NCBI GenBank assembly: GCA_030765235.1
Contig: JAVCCW010000021.1
Location: 733 to 64,732 of the forward strand
Origin: Candidatus Gorgyraea atricola
GTDB lineage: Bacteria; Omnitrophota; Gorgyraeia; Gorgyraeales; Gorgyraeaceae
Length of the DNA stretch: 64,000 nt
Reading direction: 5' to 3'
The position numbers and the translations under genes are program-made. Positions 19,401-28,625 of the stretch are shown here, piece after piece (positions within the stretch are counted from its first letter, which is position 1; each line of letters starts with the position of its first letter). The notes below the pieces were generated by a model. The model searched no databases, was not told the DNA's origin, and worked only from the letters and a program-made list of their open reading frames with translations.

Positions 19401-20402
19401 ATGCACTGGGGTACGCCTGTATATCTTAATTTTCTTTTAATTATTCCGCTTCTTGTAGTCTTTTTTGTTTTCATCTCGATTAATAAAAGAAAGGCCATGA
19501 ATAGGTTTGGAGATAGCTCGTTGGTCGAGAGGCTCTCTGTGTCTAAAAGCGCGCAGAAAGAAAGGGCCAGCAGGATCTTGATTGTAATTATAACTCTTTT
19601 TTTAATCTTGGCATTTTCAAGGCCCCAGATAGGTACAAAGCTGACCATGACTAATCGTCAGGGTGTTGATGTCATGATAGCCATAGATACGTCTTCAAGC
19701 ATGATGGCGCAGGACATAAAACCGAACCGCCTGGAAAAGGCAAAACTCGAAGTCGCTTCCCTGATAGACAAGCTAAAAGGTGACAGGGTGGGTATCCTCA
19801 CATTTTCAGGAACGAGTTTCATCCAGTGCCCCCTTACTCTTGATTATAATGCAGCAAAGATGTTTTTGAATATTGTAGCCCCAGGTATGATGCCTAGACC
19901 TGGAACAGCTATAGGTGAAGCCATAGAAAAGACTACCAAGGCCTTTGTCAAGAAGCAGCGAAAACACAAGGTACTGGTTTTATTGACAGACGGAGAGGAT
20001 CACGAGACCAGTCCAATAGAAGCTGCTAAAAAGGCAAAAAAGGAAGGCATCATAATCTATACAATAGGTATAGGCACCAGGAAAGGAGAGCCTATACCCT
20101 TGATCGATGAATCAGGCAATGTCACAGGATACAAGAAGGACAAAGACGGCGAAGTAGTTATGACAAAGCTGGATGATTCAACGCTTCAAAAGATAGCGCT
20201 TATTACAGGCGGGAAATATTATCATGCCACTCCGCGTGAATTTGAACTGGATAAGATCTATGATGAAATAAGCAAGATGGAGAAAAAAGAACTTTCAAGC
20301 AGGCTTTTCATGCAGTACGAAGATAGATTCCAGTATTTTTTGGCAATAGCGCTTATACTTTTGTGCATAGAGTTTGTTATAGGAGATAGAAAGAGGGCAT
20401 GA
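19401..20402 (+). CDS. batB: BatB-like vWA membrane protein
   Basis: DTSSSMMAQDIKPNRLE, LTDGEDH. Confidence 0.9.
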   Translation: MHWGTPVYLNFLLIIPLLVVFFVFISINKRKAMNRFGDSSLVERLSVSKSAQKERASRILIVIITLFLILAFSRPQIGTKLTMTNRQGVDVMIAIDTSSSMMAQDIKPNRLEKAKLEVASLIDKLKGDRVGILTFSGTSFIQCPLTLDYNAAKMFLNIVAPGMMPRPGTAIGEAIEKTTKAFVKKQRKHKVLVLLTDGEDHETSPIEAAKKAKKEGIIIYTIGIGTRKGEPIPLIDESGNVTGYKKDKDGEVVMTKLDDSTLQKIALITGGKYYHATPREFELDKIYDEISKMEKKELSSRLFMQYEDRFQYFLAIALILLCIEFVIGDRKRA

Positions 20403-21184
20403 GATCATTAAAGTTCTTGGTGATAATAGTATTCTTTTTTTCAACAATTGGCTGGATATGGCAGAGACCTACTGTAAAAAAGAGTAAAGAAGCGGCTAAA
20501 TTGCACGACGAGGGTAAATTAGACGAGGCACTTTCAAAATGGCGCGATGCGCAGATAGAGAGCCCGGATAAAAAAGAATTGCATTACAATATAGGAGGAG
20601 CGCTGCACGAACAAAAAAGATACGACGATTCATCTAAGGAATACGAAAAAGTACTGGATACAAAAGATGATGAACTTAGGGCCAAGACGTATTATAATAT
20701 TGGGAATACGCTTTACAGGATGGAGAAATTACCTGAGGCGATAGAGGGCTATGAAAAGTGCTTAGAGATAACCCCTGATGATGAAGATGCAAAGTATAAT
20801 ATAGAGTTTATCAAGAAGAAGTTGGAGGAACAAAAACAACAGCAGCAACAGGATCAAGAGGGACAAGAAACAAGGGACAAGGGACAAGAGCAGGAACAAC
20901 GAGACAAAGAGGAACAAGGAACAAGAGACAAGGGACAAGAGCAGGAAGAGCAACAGGATCAAGGGGGACAAGGGACCCCGAACCAGTCGCTTCGCTCCGG
21001 TACGGGGCAGGCAAGAGACAAGGGACAAGAGGAAGAGCAGCAACGTTCAAGTGATGAGCAAGAAATGTCTGAAGAAGACGCCATGCGTCTTCTCGATGCC
21101 ATAAAGGATGATGAAAAAGACCTGCAAAAGGAATTAAGGGTACAACCAATAGAAGGCCGCTATAAAGTGGACAAAGACTGGTAA
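20399..21184 (+). CDS. batC: BatC-like TPR protein with Q/E-rich linker
   Basis: TPR motifs (YNIGN, DAKYN), C-terminal KDW. Confidence 0.85.
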   Translation: MRSLKFLVIIVFFFSTIGWIWQRPTVKKSKEAAKLHDEGKLDEALSKWRDAQIESPDKKELHYNIGGALHEQKRYDDSSKEYEKVLDTKDDELRAKTYYNIGNTLYRMEKLPEAIEGYEKCLEITPDDEDAKYNIEFIKKKLEEQKQQQQQDQEGQETRDKGQEQEQRDKEEQGTRDKGQEQEEQQDQGGQGTPNQSLRSGTGQARDKGQEEEQQRSSDEQEMSEEDAMRLLDAIKDDEKDLQKELRVQPIEGRYKVDKDW

Positions 21185-21196
21185 AACTGTTCTGAT

Positions 21197-23026
21197 ATGA
21201 AAAAAAGTTTAGTTGTATTGTTATTATTGTTTGCAGTGACTGCTGTCTACGCCCAGGATATTTCTATATCTGCCAATGTAGACAAGCAGGAGATAACTCT
21301 GGATGATCAGATTATTCTTAACATAGTTGTAAGCGGCAGTGTTTCAAAGATCCCGCAGCCAACCATACCCAGTCTTGACGGATTCACTGCATATTCTTCC
21401 GGAAGGTCGCAGAATATCTCAATTATAAATGGCCAGGTAACAGGTTCAGTTTCTTTTAATTATATGCTTGTTCCCAATGATGTCGGCGAGTATACACTGG
21501 GCCCATTCAGCATTGATTATAAAGGTAATACATATTCTGCTGATGCAATAGATATAAAGGTATTGCCACGCTCCACGCAGTCACAAGCGCCATCATATGC
21601 TGCTCCGGATTACACGGAGGGACAAGGGACAAGGGATAAGGGACAAGGAAAAGAACTTTTTATCGAGACATATGTGGATAAACTTAGGGCTTATGTGAAT
21701 GAACAGATAACTTTAACGTTTGCTTTTTATCAGGCTGTGAATCTATTTGAAAATCCTGTTTATAATCCAGCTTCCACCACAGGCTTCTGGACAGAGGATA
21801 TGCCTCCGCAGAAAAAATATTATAAAGTAATAAACGGCACAAAATATCTGGTCACAGAGATAAAGACAGCGCTTTTTGCGACAAGTCCTGGAGAATTTAC
21901 CATTGGTTCAGCAAGGCTTGAGGCAAGCGTGGAGGACCTGGAGAGATTTTCCTCCCGCAGTCCTTTTGATATATTCGGCAGAGATCCATTTAGCGTGTTC
22001 AGGAGAGGTAAGCCTGTTATTCTTGCCACAGATCCAATAAATGTAGAGATATCAGCATTGCCAGAAGAGGGCAAGCCTCTGAATTTTAAAGGCGACGTGG
22101 GCACTTTTGATATCAGCGGCACTATAGATAAAGACACAGTTGAAGAAAACCAGCCTGTTACATTAAGGATTGTAATAAAAGGAAAAGGGAATATAAAGAC
22201 GATCTCCTCTCCAGGTATTCCGGAATCCTCAGATGTGAAATTCTATGACTCAGCAAGCTCTGAAAATATCTCTAAAGAAAATTACCTGGTCCAGGGAGAA
22301 AAGATCTTTGAAAAGATGATCATTCCCAAAAGCGAGGGCAGACTTACAATAGGGCCTATTGAATATTCTTATTTTGATCCGGTCTTGAAAAGGTATATTG
22401 AAAGAAGAATCGAACCAATGACGATAAATGCGACGGTATCTGAAGAAGAGCCGCAAGCGACCATGCCTTTTTCAATACCAGGCCTATCGAAAGAAGAGAT
22501 AAAGCTTTTGAAGAAAGATATATGTTATATTAAGACCAGCCCCATTAATTTCAGAAAAAGTGATTCTTTTTTCTATAAGAATAAAGCGTTTTACTTGATA
22601 AATATACTGCCGCTCGCGTTTCTTATATTCCTTTATATGTACGAGCTTCACAGGGAGAGGCTGAAGACTGACATAGGATACGCGCGTTCGCGCAGAGCCA
22701 GGGGAGCGGCCTCAAAGAGACTGAAAAAAGCAAGACAGCTCATGTTAAAGGAGAAGGTGAAAGAGTTTTACGCCGAGATCTATAAGGCGGTAATAGAATA
22801 TGTAGCTGATAAATTAAATATACCACACCCTTCTATTACAAAGGATCTACTTGAAGAAAAATTGAAGTCAAAGGGTCTTTCAGAGTCAGCTATAGCAGAG
22901 ATAAAGGAGTTGTTCGACATTTGCGACATGGCCAGATTTGCTTTGGTAAAATTTACAAAGGAAGACATGCATAAGACGATCGAACAGGCCATTGATATCA
23001 TTGCAGAGCTCGAGAGGGTGAGATGA
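21197..23026 (+). CDS. batD: BatD family protein
   Basis: Signal peptide, ISIING, VG.F, YFDP, late TM helix. Confidence 0.9.
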   Translation: MKKSLVVLLLLFAVTAVYAQDISISANVDKQEITLDDQIILNIVVSGSVSKIPQPTIPSLDGFTAYSSGRSQNISIINGQVTGSVSFNYMLVPNDVGEYTLGPFSIDYKGNTYSADAIDIKVLPRSTQSQAPSYAAPDYTEGQGTRDKGQGKELFIETYVDKLRAYVNEQITLTFAFYQAVNLFENPVYNPASTTGFWTEDMPPQKKYYKVINGTKYLVTEIKTALFATSPGEFTIGSARLEASVEDLERFSSRSPFDIFGRDPFSVFRRGKPVILATDPINVEISALPEEGKPLNFKGDVGTFDISGTIDKDTVEENQPVTLRIVIKGKGNIKTISSPGIPESSDVKFYDSASSENISKENYLVQGEKIFEKMIIPKSEGRLTIGPIEYSYFDPVLKRYIERRIEPMTINATVSEEEPQATMPFSIPGLSKEEIKLLKKDICYIKTSPINFRKSDSFFYKNKAFYLINILPLAFLIFLYMYELHRERLKTDIGYARSRRARGAASKRLKKARQLMLKEKVKEFYAEIYKAVIEYVADKLNIPHPSITKDLLEEKLKSKGLSESAIAEIKELFDICDMARFALVKFTKEDMHKTIEQAIDIIAELERVR

Positions 23027-23778
23027 GAAGGATTATTTTATTTTTTATATGTATATCTTTTATTTTTTGCAGCTCGATCTTAGCGCAGTCGCCAGATGAT
23101 GTCTATCGAAGGGCAAACTTGAGCTACGAAGATGAGGAATATGAAGAAGCGATCTCGCTTTACGAGACGCTCATTCAGATGGACAAGATCAGTCCCGAGG
23201 TATTTTACAATCTCGCGAACAGTTTCTTTAAACTAAAGAAAATAGGCAAGGCCATTGTGAATTACGAGCGCGCGTTGAGGCTCGCGCCGAGAGACAAGGA
23301 TGCGCTGCTCAATCTTAAGCTCGCGCGCTCAATGGCGGTCGATAAAATAGAAATCCCGAAAAAAGGATTCTTGTTAGATCTGATATTATTCCCGTACAAC
23401 AGGTTGACTGTCAATGAACTGACGGTTTTTGTCTCGGCGTTTTATCTTTTGATACTCTTGTTTTTAATCTTTTCAATATTTTTTGTTGAAAAAAGGACTA
23501 TGATTTTTTATAATGTTGGTACGTTTACATTTTTATTAATTATATTTTCGATCTTTCTGATCTCAAAAATACATAATGAGAATTTTGCAAGAGAAGCTAT
23601 AGTGATTTCTGAAAAGGTCAGTGTCAGAAGCGGACCTAAAGAAGATTATCTTTTACAATTTACTCTGCATGAAGGGACAAAGGTTCGAGTGGTAGAAGAA
23701 AGACAGCTCTGGTATGAGATCGACCTCTCAAAGGATCTTCGCGGATGGCTCCCCAAAGATAGCGTCGAGATCATCTAG
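23023..23778 (+). CDS. batE: BatE-like TPR/SH3 protein
   Basis: TPR (YNLAN, YERAL), C-terminal VRSGP...LHEGTKV...GWL. Confidence 0.88.
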   Translation: MRRIILFFICISFIFCSSILAQSPDDVYRRANLSYEDEEYEEAISLYETLIQMDKISPEVFYNLANSFFKLKKIGKAIVNYERALRLAPRDKDALLNLKLARSMAVDKIEIPKKGFLLDLILFPYNRLTVNELTVFVSAFYLLILLFLIFSIFFVEKRTMIFYNVGTFTFLLIIFSIFLISKIHNENFAREAIVISEKVSVRSGPKEDYLLQFTLHEGTKVRVVEERQLWYEIDLSKDLRGWLPKDSVEII

Positions 23779-23805
23779 TCGAACCAAAGTGGTGAGCTTG
23801 TCGAA

Positions 23806-23853
23806 CCACAAGATATAGTTGTTACCCAGCCAAAAAATATCAATATATTGTAT
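23806..23853 (+). promoter_or_regulatory. Tandem NrdR boxes
   Basis: ccaCAAGATATAGttg (23806-21) and tatCAATATATTGtat (23838-53), 32 bp apart, upstream of a ribonucleotide reductase; TTGACA(23862)-16-TATACT(23884) follows. Confidence 0.85.
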
Positions 23854-23928
23854 TTTTTAGCTTGACATGAAATTATTAAGTGATATACTTTTTTAGTATT
23901 CTTAAAAAAATAAAATCAGGAGGCGAAG

Positions 23929-26217
23929 ATGCAGGTAGAAGTAAATGGCTCAAAAAAATTGAATATCTCTGAGAATTGTCTAAAGGTCCTTGAGAGAAGA
24001 TATCTCAAAAAGGACAAAGAGGGAAAAATTATAGAGACCCCTGAGGAGATGTTCATCAGGGTCAGTCGTCATATAGCATCGGCAGATAAACTTTATGGCG
24101 CGAAAGACGCTGATGTAAAAAAGACAGAAGAAGATTTTTATAATATGATGAGTAGTTTTGAATTCATGCCGAATAGCCCTACGCTTATGAATGCTGGAAA
24201 AGACCTTGGTCAGTTATCCGCCTGCTTTGTACTTCCCATTGGAGACTCAATGGAATCCATATTTGACGCGATAAAAAATACCGCTATGATTCATAAAAGT
24301 GGCGGAGGAACAGGATTTAGTTTTTCAAGACTACGCGGGAAGAATAGTGTTGTACGTTCTACAGGAGGCGTTTCGAGTGGCCCTGTCTCTTTTATGAAGG
24401 TATTTAATTCTGCAACTCAAGCTGTGAAGCAGGGAGGCACTCGTCGCGGGGCCAACATGGGAATCCTGCGTGTAGATCATCCTGATGTCCTGGAATTCAT
24501 CAAATGCAAAGAGAACGATAAAGACATAACTAACTTTAACATCTCTATCGCTATTACAGAAGATTTTATGAACCGCGTTATAGAAGATAAAGAGTATGAT
24601 TTGATAGATCCGCATACAAAAAAGGCAGTAGAAAAGCTTAAGGCCAAAGAGGTCTTTGAGCTGATAGTTGAGATGGCGTGGAAAAATGGCGAGCCAGGCA
24701 TTGTTTTTATCGATAGGATCAATAAAGACAATCCCACTCCGGAATCAGGAGAGATCGAATCCACTAATCCATGCGGGGAGCAGCCTCTTTTACCTTTTGA
24801 GAGCTGTAACCTTGGTTCGATAAATCTTTCAAAAGCAGTTGTAGAGAAAAATGGAAAGAAAGAAGTAGATTGGGAGAAATTAAAAACGCTTGTGCATCAG
24901 GGGTCTCATTTTCTTGACAATGTCATTGATATGAATAAATTTCCGCTCAAAGAGATAGAGGAAAACACTAAAAAGAATCGTAAGATCGGTCTTGGTGTAA
25001 TGGGCTGGGCAGATATGTTGATCCAGCTGGAGATATCTTATAATAGCGACAAGGCAATAGAATTAGCTGAAAAGGTAATGGGCTTTATTGATAAAGAGGC
25101 CAAGAAAAGATCTGAGGAGTTAGCTCAAAAACGCTCTACATTCCCCTCGTTTAAAGACAGTATTTTTAAAGACGACAAAGAGATAAAGCGAAATGCCACA
25201 TTAACGACTATAGCGCCCACAGGCACCATATCGATTATATCCAATACCTCTAGCGGGATCGAGCCTCTATTTGCGATCTCTTATTATAGAAATGTAATGG
25301 ATAATGACAAGCTGATCGAAGTCAATTCATTGTTCGAAGAGATTGCAAAAAGAGAAGGTTTTTATTCCAGAAAGTTAATGGAGGAGATCGCTGATAAAGG
25401 TTCTGTAAAGGATGTAAAAGATGTACCTGAAAAATACAGGAAGATATTTGTTACTTCACATGATATCGTTCCTATCTGGCACATAAGGATGCAGGCAGCA
25501 TTCCAGAATCATACTGATAACGCAGTTTCAAAGACAGTAAATTTTCACAATGAGGCATCGAAGGATGATGTCAGGGAAGTCTACATGCTCGCATATAAAT
25601 TGGGTTGTAAAGGCGTAACTATTTATAGAGACAAAAGCAGGGAGGAACAGGTGTTGAATGTAAGTTCAAAAAAGACCAAGTCTAAGCCAGCCCAGGATGC
25701 TGGTGCAAAAGAAAAACACGTTGCGCCACGGCCAAGACCCGCAGTGACAACAGGCACCACCACAAAGGTCAATACAGGCTGTGGTAATCTTTATATTACG
25801 ATAAACGTAGATGATAATGCCATGCCTTTCGAGGTATTCATCCAGATGGGCAAGGCTGGTGGTTGTGCCGCATCTCAGCTCGAGGCAGTAGGAAGGCTTG
25901 TGTCTCTGGCGCTTCGTTCCGGTGTGGAGAACAAGAAGATCGTGGACCAGTTAAGAGGAATACGCTGTCCATCCCCGTCATGGGAAAAAGGCGGGAGGAT
26001 CTTTTCATGTGCTGATGCTATTGCCAGAGTCCTGGAGCTCAGGTTAGGCAATGGAAAGATGCACCATAAAGAAGAAGCGCTTGAGAAACATTCGCCGCAC
26101 ACTATGATAGAAGATAAACTGGGCAATGTCGTGGGCGTGTGTCCTGATTGCGGCGCTGCATTACGTCATGAAGAAGGCTGCGTAGTCTGCCGCTCGTGCG
26201 GTTATTCCAAATGTTAA
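23929..26217 (+). CDS. nrdJ: Class II (B12-dependent) ribonucleotide reductase with C-terminal TSCPD/zinc-ribbon region
   Basis: [28 protein letters not shown]-terminal CPDC...CRSCGYSKC. Confidence 0.95.
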   Translation: MQVEVNGSKKLNISENCLKVLERRYLKKDKEGKIIETPEEMFIRVSRHIASADKLYGAKDADVKKTEEDFYNMMSSFEFMPNSPTLMNAGKDLGQLSACFVLPIGDSMESIFDAIKNTAMIHKSGGGTGFSFSRLRGKNSVVRSTGGVSSGPVSFMKVFNSATQAVKQGGTRRGANMGILRVDHPDVLEFIKCKENDKDITNFNISIAITEDFMNRVIEDKEYDLIDPHTKKAVEKLKAKEVFELIVEMAWKNGEPGIVFIDRINKDNPTPESGEIESTNPCGEQPLLPFESCNLGSINLSKAVVEKNGKKEVDWEKLKTLVHQGSHFLDNVIDMNKFPLKEIEENTKKNRKIGLGVMGWADMLIQLEISYNSDKAIELAEKVMGFIDKEAKKRSEELAQKRSTFPSFKDSIFKDDKEIKRNATLTTIAPTGTISIISNTSSGIEPLFAISYYRNVMDNDKLIEVNSLFEEIAKREGFYSRKLMEEIADKGSVKDVKDVPEKYRKIFVTSHDIVPIWHIRMQAAFQNHTDNAVSKTVNFHNEASKDDVREVYMLAYKLGCKGVTIYRDKSREEQVLNVSSKKTKSKPAQDAGAKEKHVAPRPRPAVTTGTTTKVNTGCGNLYITINVDDNAMPFEVFIQMGKAGGCAASQLEAVGRLVSLALRSGVENKKIVDQLRGIRCPSPSWEKGGRIFSCADAIARVLELRLGNGKMHHKEEALEKHSPHTMIEDKLGNVVGVCPDCGAALRHEEGCVVCRSCGYSKC

Positions 26218-26753
26218 AATCCGACACCTGGATCAAGCGAATGGCTTTGGAGAATGAGATGATAAAGCCATTCGAGCCACAGCAAGTAAAGAATAATAAC
26301 ATCTCTTATGGTCTTTCAAGTTATGGCTATGATATAAGAATAGCTGACGAATTTAAGATTTTTAGGGGCAAAACCACGCTTGACCCCAAGAAAATAGACT
26401 CTAGCTTATTCGAGGATTTTAAAGGCCCTGTTTGTATTATCCCACCAACCTCTTTTGTCTTAGCGCGATCCCTTGAATACTTCAAGATTCCAAGGAATGT
26501 GCTTGTGCTTTGCACAGGTAAAAGCACTTATGCCAGGATCGGCGTTATTGCCAACATCACGCCTTTAGAACCAGAATGGGAAGGTTACATCACTATAGCC
26601 ATAAGTAACACATCTTCAAATCCCGCAAAGCTTTACTCAAACGAAGGCATTGCCCAGATCATCTTCTTTGAATCAGCTGACGCCTGCCAAACCAGCTACG
26701 CCGACCGCAAAGGCCTCTACCAATCCCAAAAAACCATCACTCTTCCAAAATAA
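26211..26753 (+). CDS. dcd: dCTP deaminase
   Basis: [28 protein letters not shown]. Confidence 0.96.
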   Translation: MLKSDTWIKRMALENEMIKPFEPQQVKNNNISYGLSSYGYDIRIADEFKIFRGKTTLDPKKIDSSLFEDFKGPVCIIPPTSFVLARSLEYFKIPRNVLVLCTGKSTYARIGVIANITPLEPEWEGYITIAISNTSSNPAKLYSNEGIAQIIFFESADACQTSYADRKGLYQSQKTITLPK

Positions 26754-26757
26754 CTTT

Positions 26758-26859
26758 ACCTCGTTCCAAATTCTTATGTATTATCAAATGATTTATCAGA
26801 ATTGTACGCAAATAGTTACAAAAAATTAGTTAAGCATCGTTTAGAATTTGGAATGGGGT
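26758..26859. mobile_element. Solo MITE-like element with 17-bp imperfect terminal inverted repeats
   Basis: ACCTCGTTCCAAATTCT...AGAATTTGGAATGGGGT; its reverse complement aligns along its length with 1727-1829. Confidence 0.8.
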
Positions 26860-26934
26860 TTACACTTTTCTGTGTGTCACAAAAGTGTAAAGTTAAGGTT
26901 GATTTTCTCTGGATGTTGGTGTATATTAAGGATT

Positions 26935-27687
26935 ATGAAACCTATAAAAGTAGTTTTATTGCGTCACGGCGAGAGTGTTTGGAATAAGGAAAATAAGTTC
27001 ACTGGGTGGACTGATGTGGATTTGTCTGGTAAGGGCATAGAAGAGGCAAAGGAGTCTGGCCGGGTTTTGAAGAAAGAAGGACATACGTTTGATGTCGCGT
27101 TTACGTCTGTTCTTAAAAGAGCAATAAGGACTTTGTGGTTTGCATTGGATGAGATGGATCTGATGTGGATTCCTGTTTATCGTTCGTGGCGGCTTAATGA
27201 AAGGCACTATGGCGCATTGCAGGGTTTTAACAAGGCAGAGACAGCCAAGAAATTCGGCGAAAAGCAGGTCCTTGTGTGGCGTCGAAGTTACGATATTCCG
27301 CCTGACGCATTGAAAAAAGATGATCCTCGATATCCTGGCAATGATCCTATATATAAAGATCTGGATAAAAAAGATATTCCTTTAACAGAATGTTTAAAAG
27401 ATACAGTAACGCGCTTCCTGCCGCATTGGAACGAGACTATCGCACCCACCATAAAGTCTGGCAAAAAAGTACTCATTGCTGCTCATGGAAATAGCTTAAG
27501 GGCATTGGTGAAACATTTAGATAAGGTATCAGATGAGACAATAGTAAGCTTAAATATTCCCACAGGTATACCTTTAGTATATGAGCTTAATCCAGACTTG
27601 ACCCCTATAAAGCACTATTACCTTGGCGATCCTGAAAAGGTTAAGGCCGCCATGGCCTCTGTAGCCAACCAGGGCAAATCCAAATAA
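26935..27687 (+). CDS. gpmA: 2,3-bisphosphoglycerate-dependent phosphoglycerate mutase
   Basis: [21 protein letters not shown]; start moved to ATG 26935. Confidence 0.97.
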   Translation: MKPIKVVLLRHGESVWNKENKFTGWTDVDLSGKGIEEAKESGRVLKKEGHTFDVAFTSVLKRAIRTLWFALDEMDLMWIPVYRSWRLNERHYGALQGFNKAETAKKFGEKQVLVWRRSYDIPPDALKKDDPRYPGNDPIYKDLDKKDIPLTECLKDTVTRFLPHWNETIAPTIKSGKKVLIAAHGNSLRALVKHLDKVSDETIVSLNIPTGIPLVYELNPDLTPIKHYYLGDPEKVKAAMASVANQGKSK

Positions 27688-27711
27688 GAGCACAAGCCGG
27701 AAGAAGTAGAA

Positions 27712-27737
27712 GTAGGCCAGGTTTAAACCTGGCCTAC
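27712..27737. repeat. Perfect 26-bp GTAG palindrome, copy 1
   Basis: GTAGGCCAGGTTTAAACCTGGCCTAC. Confidence 0.95.
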
Positions 27738-27810
27738 GTTTTGCTCTGTTCCCCTTGACGATTTGAGAATCATCAGGTATACTTCTTCATCTATAGAAAG
27801 GGAGGTGTTT

Positions 27811-28485
27811 ATGAATTGGAATGCTGTAGTAATGGAGCCAGTAACACATATGCTGGCGAGGGTAGCTGGGTTTTTGCCTACGTTTATAGGCGTGCTTGTA
27901 ATATTGATAGCTGGCTGGATCATAGCCGGGGCGCTAAAGAACGTAGTAGTAAAGGTATTAAAGCTGATCCAGCTTGATACTGCTAGTGAAAAATCAGGGC
28001 TTGGCGATATTCTTCGCCGCGGTGGCATAAGACAGACAGTCTCAGAGCTCATCGGCGTACTTATCTATTGGCTTATAATGTTAATGGTATTTATGACTGC
28101 CTTGAATGCCCTTGGTATGACAGTAGCAGCAGCATTGTTGGACAAAGTGATCCTTTATATACCCAACGTGATAGCAGCCATGTTTATTTTGTCTCTTGGT
28201 ATATTTTTCTCCAGCATGGTAGGCACCATAGTGCGTACTGCTTCTAGCAACGCGGGTATTACACAGGCAAAGTTTCTTGGCCAGCTCACGCAGACAGTGA
28301 TCATGATATTTGCTGCCATAATAACACTTGAGCAGTTAAATATCGCTTCTAGCGTGTTGAATCTTACTATCAATATTATTCTTGCTTCAATGGGCTTGGC
28401 GCTAGCTATAGCAGTAGGCCTGGGTTCAAAGGATATGGCTGGTAAGATGATGCAGGAGCTGGTAAATAAGATGAAGGGTAAATAA
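27811..28485 (+). CDS. CmpX/small mechanosensitive channel-associated TM-helix repeat protein
   Basis: FLPTFIG and YIPNVIAA repeats, AVGLGSKD; SD GGGAGGT. Confidence 0.8.
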   Translation: MNWNAVVMEPVTHMLARVAGFLPTFIGVLVILIAGWIIAGALKNVVVKVLKLIQLDTASEKSGLGDILRRGGIRQTVSELIGVLIYWLIMLMVFMTALNALGMTVAAALLDKVILYIPNVIAAMFILSLGIFFSSMVGTIVRTASSNAGITQAKFLGQLTQTVIMIFAAIITLEQLNIASSVLNLTINIILASMGLALAIAVGLGSKDMAGKMMQELVNKMKGK

Positions 28486-28513
28486 GGCTTGTAGAATTTC
28501 TTGTAATTCTTGG

Positions 28514-28548
28514 CCCCGCATTTCTAAAAAAGAGATGCGGGGTTTTTT
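28514..28548 (+). terminator. Rho-independent terminator
   Basis: CCCCGCATTTCT-aaaaa-AGAGATGCGGGG followed by T6. Confidence 0.85.
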
Positions 28549-28556
28549 AATGAGTA

Positions 28557-28588
28557 GTAGTAGCCCAGGTTTAAACCTGGGCTACTAC
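28557..28588. repeat. GTAG palindrome, copy 2 (compensatory variant)
   Basis: GTAGTAGCCCAGGTTTAAACCTGGGCTACTAC. Confidence 0.95.
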
Positions 28589-28625
28589 GCCTTGACACCT
28601 TAATCATATCTATATACAATAAGAC

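Noticed and set aside
19259-19648. Minus-strand ORF containing GTRDMRQETRG
   Set aside because: It is a translation of the heptamer array and is antisense to batA/batB
23929-26217. Possible intein or intron in the ribonucleotide reductase
   Set aside because: Continuous ORF of normal length with no intein splice motifs or endonuclease insert
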